Assembly: GCA_965216785.1 (NCBI GenBank)
Contig: OZ244197.1
Span: 1,248,001-1,312,000 of the forward strand
Reading direction: 5' to 3'
Length of the DNA: 64,000 nt
DNA from: Thermodesulfobacteriota bacterium
Lineage (GTDB): Bacteria; Desulfobacterota_D; UBA1144; Nemesobacterales; UBA2774
Numbering within the stretch: position 1 is the first letter of the stretch; each line of letters opens with the position of its first letter. Positions 58,769 through 64,000 of this stretch are shown here, piece after piece. The notes below the pieces were generated by a model that saw only the letters and a list, made by a program, of their open reading frames with translations, was not told where the DNA came from and ran no database searches. Position numbers and translations under genes: made by a program.

Positions 58769-59695
58769 TTATTGATATAGGGCGAGATAAGCGAGCACTG
58801 CTTTGGGTGACCTGCCGATCTGGTTCGGGGAAAATGTCCTGTCGGGGGTACGGAATTCTATATCGAAACCTTGTTTTCGGAGCTCTAAAAAGGCCGAGGC
58901 CACACGGCTAATTTGGCGCTCTAGCAAGCCTATATCCTTATGGGGAACAAATTTCAGCACGGCTTCTTTGTTCTCCGTCTCTTCCTCAATCTCTCTCACC
59001 ATCACTCTCCCTGTCTTAGCCGTAGTCTTCCAGTGAATAAGCTTTGGGTTGTCTCCGGAGTTATACTCTTTAATAGAGCGAATATCCTCTCCCGATCCGC
59101 TTCTTTGTTTGCTGCTTCCTTCCTGATCGGGGTTTCTGTGCTCAGGATTTTTTCTTATGTCTTCATAATCCAGTGAGACGTTTTGCAGTCTCGGATAGAC
59201 CAGAACATTATTTTCTCCAGTGTCTACCCTAATCCATTTTCTAAAGAATCCGAACGGGAACCTCGTAGAGAGCCTTGCCTCGGGGATTTTATTCCAGCCC
59301 CTGCGTCTGAATAAATAACTTACACCTACTATGCTTTCTTTTTTCGCCGGTAGGTAGGGTATAAATACTTTTTCGTTTTCAAGCTCAATAGATATGGAAT
59401 AAGAGGGTATCAAATACTTCTCGTTCCTAATAGAGAATTTAAGTTTTGAAGCTGATGCGGCAAACGCGTCTCCGGTGGGTTTCACTGTGACTTGGATCCT
59501 GGCGAGATTGATCATGGACATCACGCCCGAAGCTACTATGAAGCTGAGCATCATTCCGAAAGCAAGATACAGTAGGTTGTTGCCGGTATTGAGCGCCGCG
59601 AACCCAACGAAAAGGCTCAGTCCCAGGAACACCATTCCCTCTTTGGTCGGACTCGTCCTTGCCCAGTTGTCTTTTCCCAGCCTTAGAAGACCCAT
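58769..59695 (-). CDS. DUF58 domain protein
   Basis: AALNTGNNLLYL, TRFPFG and IKEY.SGD.PK.IHWKTTAK motifs. Confidence 0.88.
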   Translation of the reverse strand: MGLLRLGKDNWARTSPTKEGMVFLGLSLFVGFAALNTGNNLLYLAFGMMLSFIVASGVMSMINLARIQVTVKPTGDAFAASASKLKFSIRNEKYLIPSYSISIELENEKVFIPYLPAKKESIVGVSYLFRRRGWNKIPEARLSTRFPFGFFRKWIRVDTGENNVLVYPRLQNVSLDYEDIRKNPEHRNPDQEGSSKQRSGSGEDIRSIKEYNSGDNPKLIHWKTTAKTGRVMVREIEEETENKEAVLKFVPHKDIGLLERQISRVASAFLELRKQGFDIEFRTPDRTFSPNQIGRSPKAVLAYLALYQ

Positions 59696-59784
59696 TTTCT
59701 TAGTTTAGACCCGGCGCTTGTGATTAAGCTTGTACCCGCGTGGTTCTATATAGGAAATTATACAGCCACAGCGGTTTTTCCGCC

Positions 59785-61386
59785 CTATTGCTTTAGCACG
59801 TCCACTATCCTGTTAAAGGAGTTCAAAAGATCCCCTTTGACTCTTGATATGTCGTTGTAAATAGCAAGGAACATGATAAAGATCAGCAGCGTGAGCCCGA
59901 TCTTCTGGCTTATTTCCATTGAGCGCTGACTTAGCGGCTTTTTCTTAATGGCTTCAATCGCCAGGTACACAACATGACCGCCGTCTAGCATCGGTATAGG
60001 GAACAGATTGATTATCGCAAGGTTTATGCTGATAAAACATGTGAACTGCAGAAGCTGCGCGATGCCGCTCTCTGCGGCAGAGCCTGAGACCTTGGCAATA
60101 AGTATGGGACCCGCCAAGCTCTTACCCGCCGTACCCAGGGCTATCTTGCCCGTGACCAGCTTGTAAAGGAACCCGAACAGAAGCACAATAACTTCTATTA
60201 TCATTTTTGCGGCTTCTTGTACGCCTTTTACTATCGATTCGAAGAACCCGTACTGCTTTACCACCTCTTCAGTGTAGATCTGTATGCCGATAGCGCCCGC
60301 ACCGTCTTCCCCCAGGGGCTCTGGCGTGATTGATATGTCAAAAACTTCCTCTCCCCTTTCAATAGCCACAGTTAGCTCGTTTCCTGCGTTTTGTTTTATA
60401 ATAGACGCCATCTGGTCCCAGTCCGCGATACTGACCCCGTCTATCTCCGCAATCCTGTCACCTTTTTCAAGTTTCACGGCGTCGGCGGGTGTGCCGCTTA
60501 CCACGCCTCCCACTTTTGCCGGAATCGGCTCGCTGAACCCTATTGCCACTACACCTTCGGGCGATGCCTTAGCTATTACAGGGATCACCTGCTCCGTGCC
60601 GTCTCTGTCGATCTTGATATCAATCTCTACATCCGGGTTTGTTTGTACTGCGATATTGACGTCCCGCCAATTAGAGACTTCACTGCCTTCGATTTCAAGT
60701 ATCTTGTCCCCTTTTACAAAACCTGCTTCAGCGGCGGGAGACTCGGGATTTATGTAGCCGATCTCAGGCGCGCGCTCCAGATAAGCCGGCACCGTAATAC
60801 CGATCATGAATACCAGCGGCAGGAATATAAAAGGGAGTAGGAAATTCATAAAGGGTCCTGCTACCACTATTGCAAGCCTGTTCAGGATAGGCTGTGTCGA
60901 GAATCCGCGCGGGTATTCTTTCTCAGAGTATGTATCATTGCCTTCCAGGTCTCTTGCCTTTACCTGGATCTCAATTGGTTTTCCGTCCCTTTCCACAGTT
61001 ACTTCGTAATCCCTTTCAGGTTCTTTTTCAAGAACGGCTTCAAGCTGTTTCCACCGCTCGTATTCCTTGAGATCGAGCCCCTCGACATTCACTATTCTGT
61101 CGCCCGATTTAAACCCGCATCTCTCGGCCACGGATCCAGCTTCTACCTTATCTACTATGAAGTTGCCCTCAGAGCCCTCCCCATACATCTTAACGTAACC
61201 TCCGAGAGGGAGCATGCAGACCAGGTACTCAGTCTCGCCCCTTGTAAACCCGAAGAGCTTTTTCCCGAACCCGAGAGAAAACTTTTCGACCCTCACACCG
61301 CTCCACTTGGCTACCAGGAAATGCCCTAACTCGTGTATGAATACCAAAATCCCAATTACAAAAATAAAAGCTATTATTGCAGTCAT
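59785..61386 (-). CDS. rseP: RIP metalloprotease RseP (three PDZ-like segments)
   Basis: HELGH, PLGGYVKM, AGP.MN and NLFPIP.LDGG motifs. Confidence 0.95.
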   Translation of the reverse strand: MTAIIAFIFVIGILVFIHELGHFLVAKWSGVRVEKFSLGFGKKLFGFTRGETEYLVCMLPLGGYVKMYGEGSEGNFIVDKVEAGSVAERCGFKSGDRIVNVEGLDLKEYERWKQLEAVLEKEPERDYEVTVERDGKPIEIQVKARDLEGNDTYSEKEYPRGFSTQPILNRLAIVVAGPFMNFLLPFIFLPLVFMIGITVPAYLERAPEIGYINPESPAAEAGFVKGDKILEIEGSEVSNWRDVNIAVQTNPDVEIDIKIDRDGTEQVIPVIAKASPEGVVAIGFSEPIPAKVGGVVSGTPADAVKLEKGDRIAEIDGVSIADWDQMASIIKQNAGNELTVAIERGEEVFDISITPEPLGEDGAGAIGIQIYTEEVVKQYGFFESIVKGVQEAAKMIIEVIVLLFGFLYKLVTGKIALGTAGKSLAGPILIAKVSGSAAESGIAQLLQFTCFISINLAIINLFPIPMLDGGHVVYLAIEAIKKKPLSQRSMEISQKIGLTLLIFIMFLAIYNDISRVKGDLLNSFNRIVDVLKQ

Positions 61387-61419
61387 ATTAATACGCTCTC
61401 CAATCGTTATTTATATATT

Positions 61420-62571
61420 CTAGTTTTTGATTAAATCCGCCGCCTTCTCTCTTGCCCATGTATCGCTTTGTATTACGGCTTCAAGTGTATCCGCCTTAGC
61501 TATTTTGTGAAGCTCCATAACCCTGTCCACTGTTTTTACTATATCAGTAAACCCGATCTTTCCTGTAAGGAAAGCCTCAACCGCCACCTCATTGGCTCCG
61601 TTCATTACTGAAGGCATTGTTCCGCCCTCTTCGAGTGCTCCGAACGCCAGAGCAAGGGACGGGAATTTTTTAAAATCCGCCTCCCTGAAGCTAAGCTCTG
61701 AAAAATCTCCCGGCCTGGCATCGTCTCTTCGCATGTCAGTCCTTTCTGGATACGAAAGCGCGTAAGAGATCGGAATCCTCATATCCGGTATACCCATCTG
61801 CGATATAATCGAACCGTCTATATATTCTACCATAGAGTGTACAATGCTCTGGGGATGTATCCAGACAGATATTTTCTCAGACCCTAAGCCAAAGAGCCAT
61901 TTTGCCTCTATTATTTCAAACCCCTTATTCATAAGTGTAGCTGAGTCTATAGTGATTTTCTTCCCCATCACCCAGGTAGGGTGGTTGAGCGCAACCTCGG
62001 GGGTGACGTTCGTGAGCTCCTCCTCCGGAGTGTCCAGAAAGGGCCCGCCCGAGGCCGTGAGTATCAGTCTCTTAACATCTTTTTTCTCTCCGCACTGAAG
62101 CGCTTGAAAGAGCGCGCTGTGCTCGCTGTCCACCGGCAGGATAGTGACGTTACTCGCCTTTGCCTCTCTGGTTATAATCTCCCCCGCGATCACCAGGGTC
62201 TCCTTGTTGGCAAGCGCAATATCCTTGCCTGCACGCACGGCGCTAATCGTGGGTTTTAGTCCTGAGGCTCCGACCATGGCCGACACTACAGTGTCCGCGT
62301 CCTCAATCGATGCCACTTGGGACGCCCCCTCATCTCCGTGCACAATCTCGGTCTCAGAGCTGTTCACCGCGGACTTAAGCGCGGAGGCAAGCCCCGGGTC
62401 TTTTACAGAAGCTACGGCGGGCTTGTATCTGAGTATCTGCTCCATAAGTAACTCCAGATTTTCCCCGCACGAAAGACCCACGACATTATACTTGTCGGGG
62501 TTGTCCGAAATTACTTCGAGGGTTTGTCTGCCGATTGAGCCGGTTGAGCCCAGAATGGAGATGTTTTTCAA
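61420..62571 (-). CDS. dxr: 1-deoxy-D-xylulose-5-phosphate reductoisomerase
   Basis: LGSTGSIG, LANKETL, PVDSEH, HPTW.MGKKITIDSA and NKG.E motifs. Confidence 0.97.
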   Translation of the reverse strand: MKNISILGSTGSIGRQTLEVISDNPDKYNVVGLSCGENLELLMEQILRYKPAVASVKDPGLASALKSAVNSSETEIVHGDEGASQVASIEDADTVVSAMVGASGLKPTISAVRAGKDIALANKETLVIAGEIITREAKASNVTILPVDSEHSALFQALQCGEKKDVKRLILTASGGPFLDTPEEELTNVTPEVALNHPTWVMGKKITIDSATLMNKGFEIIEAKWLFGLGSEKISVWIHPQSIVHSMVEYIDGSIISQMGIPDMRIPISYALSYPERTDMRRDDARPGDFSELSFREADFKKFPSLALAFGALEEGGTMPSVMNGANEVAVEAFLTGKIGFTDIVKTVDRVMELHKIAKADTLEAVIQSDTWAREKAADLIKN

Positions 62572-63320
62572 ATGACTTCCCTTTTTTGGACCTGCTCTCC
62601 GGTGAGGCCGAATCTGCGTTCGCGTCTTTGGTAATTGAGAATGGCTTTTATCAGGTGGCGTTTTCTGAAATTAGGCCAGAGAGTTTTTGTGACATAAATC
62701 TCCGTATACGCAAGCTGCCAGAGCATAAAATTTGATAGCCTCATCTCTCCGCTAGTACGTATCAGGAGGTCGGGCTCAGGGAGATCATCGGTGTATAGGT
62801 AGTTTGAGAAATTCGATTGATTTATTTTCTCAGGGGATATTTTGCCGTTTGAAGCGATTTTTTTTACGGCGTCCACTATTTCCTCTCTGCCCCCGTAGCT
62901 CAGAGCCAGGGTAAGCGTAAGGTCTTTGCAGTGGCGGGTTTTCTCCATAGTTTCTGTGAGAACTTCGTACACGTCCTCGGGAAGCTCCTGGAGCCTGCCA
63001 ATTGCGTTAAGCCTGACGTCGTTTTCCACCAGTCTTTCCCCCTCTTTTACTAGATACTGTTTAAGAAGCTCCATAAGAGCCTTTACTTCCTCTTTGGGTC
63101 TATTCCAGTTCTGAGCCGAAAACGCGTATAGAGTAACGTGCTTGATGCCCAAATCTCTTGCCCCTTTCATAACGGCACGCACCGATTTCATGCCTTCTTT
63201 ATGCCCGCTGATACGGTCAAGATTCTTCTTCTTGGCCCACCTGCCGTTGCCGTCCATTATGATGACCACGTGCTGGGGGAGTTTTTTAGGATCGACGTAC
63301 GATTCGAGTTTCCCTTTCAT
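62568..63320 (-). CDS. uppS: Undecaprenyl diphosphate synthase
   Basis: IMDGNGRWA, YAFS.QNW.RP and RTSGEMRLSNFMLWQ motifs. Confidence 0.97.
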   Translation of the reverse strand: MKGKLESYVDPKKLPQHVVIIMDGNGRWAKKKNLDRISGHKEGMKSVRAVMKGARDLGIKHVTLYAFSAQNWNRPKEEVKALMELLKQYLVKEGERLVENDVRLNAIGRLQELPEDVYEVLTETMEKTRHCKDLTLTLALSYGGREEIVDAVKKIASNGKISPEKINQSNFSNYLYTDDLPEPDLLIRTSGEMRLSNFMLWQLAYTEIYVTKTLWPNFRKRHLIKAILNYQRRERRFGLTGEQVQKREVI

Positions 63321-63419
63321 CGAACTTGTAATTATAACACCTGAGCCATATTAACAAAGTAGGCACCGCTGGTGGAAAATCGCGAGTGATATATTTGAGA
63401 GGTATGAGCAAAAACAGAA

Positions 63420-63641
63420 CTATTTAAAGAACATATTTGAGATGAAGGAAATCGGCCGTGCTATAAAAATAACAATTAACAGCACGCCCGCAATTACAAA
63501 GAACGCGAGAAAGTAGATTAAAAGCGAGACAGGGATAAATACAATCTTATAGAGAATAAACCAGTCCTTTGAGACCTCGAGCACGACGGAGGTATAGCTT
63601 CCGATAAACCTGCTTATTACTGTGAATACCATATTCAGCAT
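63420..63641 (-). CDS. Small hypothetical membrane protein
   Basis: 73-aa ORF with a hydrophobic segment; no recognised motif. Confidence 0.4.
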   Translation of the reverse strand: MLNMVFTVISRFIGSYTSVVLEVSKDWFILYKIVFIPVSLLIYFLAFFVIAGVLLIVIFIARPISFISNMFFK

Positions 63642-63824
63642 AGTGTCTTTTCCGATAAGTAAAATATATTATCCGTCCGATAAGATCAAGAAAGCGAAAA
63701 CTAAATACTACTAAATAATGATACTTTGACCCCCCCTTTTTTTTAATTTTTATATTGAAGTGTCCCCGGTTATATATGGGTGTTGGTGATATACTCATAA
63801 ATAATAATTAATAGGAGAATGATA

Positions 63825-63983
63825 ATGGACATAGATGAAAAAACCTATGCCGAGATAGCTAAAATGATTCATAGTGACGATAGTCCGGTTGGTATAGATG
63901 CCAAAAAGACCCATATCTACATTATTTACAAGCTTACTCAGATCGAAAAAAGGCTGGAAGCCTTGGAAAAGGAACAAAGTTAA
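63825..63983 (+). CDS. Small hypothetical protein (52 aa, below ORF-track cutoff)
   Basis: AGGAG RBS; MDIDEKTYAEIAKMIHSDDSPVGIDAKKTHIYIIYKLTQIEKRLEALEKEQS. Confidence 0.6.
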   Translation: MDIDEKTYAEIAKMIHSDDSPVGIDAKKTHIYIIYKLTQIEKRLEALEKEQS

Positions 63984-64000
63984 ATCTGGGCCGTTATTTG

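Noticed and set aside
61420-63320. cdsA missing between uppS and dxr
   Set aside because: An ordinary gene-order variant; cdsA may lie elsewhere in the genome.
626-63977. Many short antisense or overlapping ORFs in the track (e.g. 4291-4707, 10676-10918, 35477-35890, 55668-56213, 60284-60757, 63795-63977)
   Set aside because: They are shadows of well-supported genes on the other strand or frame and have no recognisable motifs.

Overview
Bacterial chromosomal window. The split atpZ-I-B-E operon, several sigma54 regulators and an IPTL-CTERM protein suggest a Desulfobacterota/Dadabacteria-like organism; this is inference only. The left 28 kb and right 12 kb are mostly housekeeping genes: trkA, lgt, aspD-aspT, Pal/CpoB, hemL, atp F0 genes, cca, xseA, thyX, rnc, ntrBC and hom on the left; pyrE, a sulfate permease-like gene with cysH, rseP, dxr and uppS on the right. 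The centre is a ~23 kb AT-rich integrative element inserted in tRNA-Ala(GGC), bounded by a 45-bp direct repeat (28105-28149 and 51088-51132). It encodes a lambda-type integrase and an RHH protein at one end, and an excisionase-like HTH and a small HUH rolling-circle Rep at the other. A second, degenerate tRNA-Ala 3' copy (52327-52373) brackets a pentameric ligand-gated ion channel gene. The most unusual structure is inside the island. More than a dozen IS3/IS150-like terminal repeats (TGTACTGCTCCCC..TTTTGTCAAG..TTAAGTTGGAAT) occupy almost every intergenic space from 31.1 to 43.8 kb, with no transposase in the window. The island also holds a short tyrosine recombinase whose last 72 bp are repeated 2 kb downstream, next to a tRNA-Glu remnant. 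Together these look like a cassette-accretion zone. Other oddities are two genes apparently starting at ATT (atpZ, cysH), a degenerate sirtuin and a degenerate acyl-CoA synthetase-like protein.
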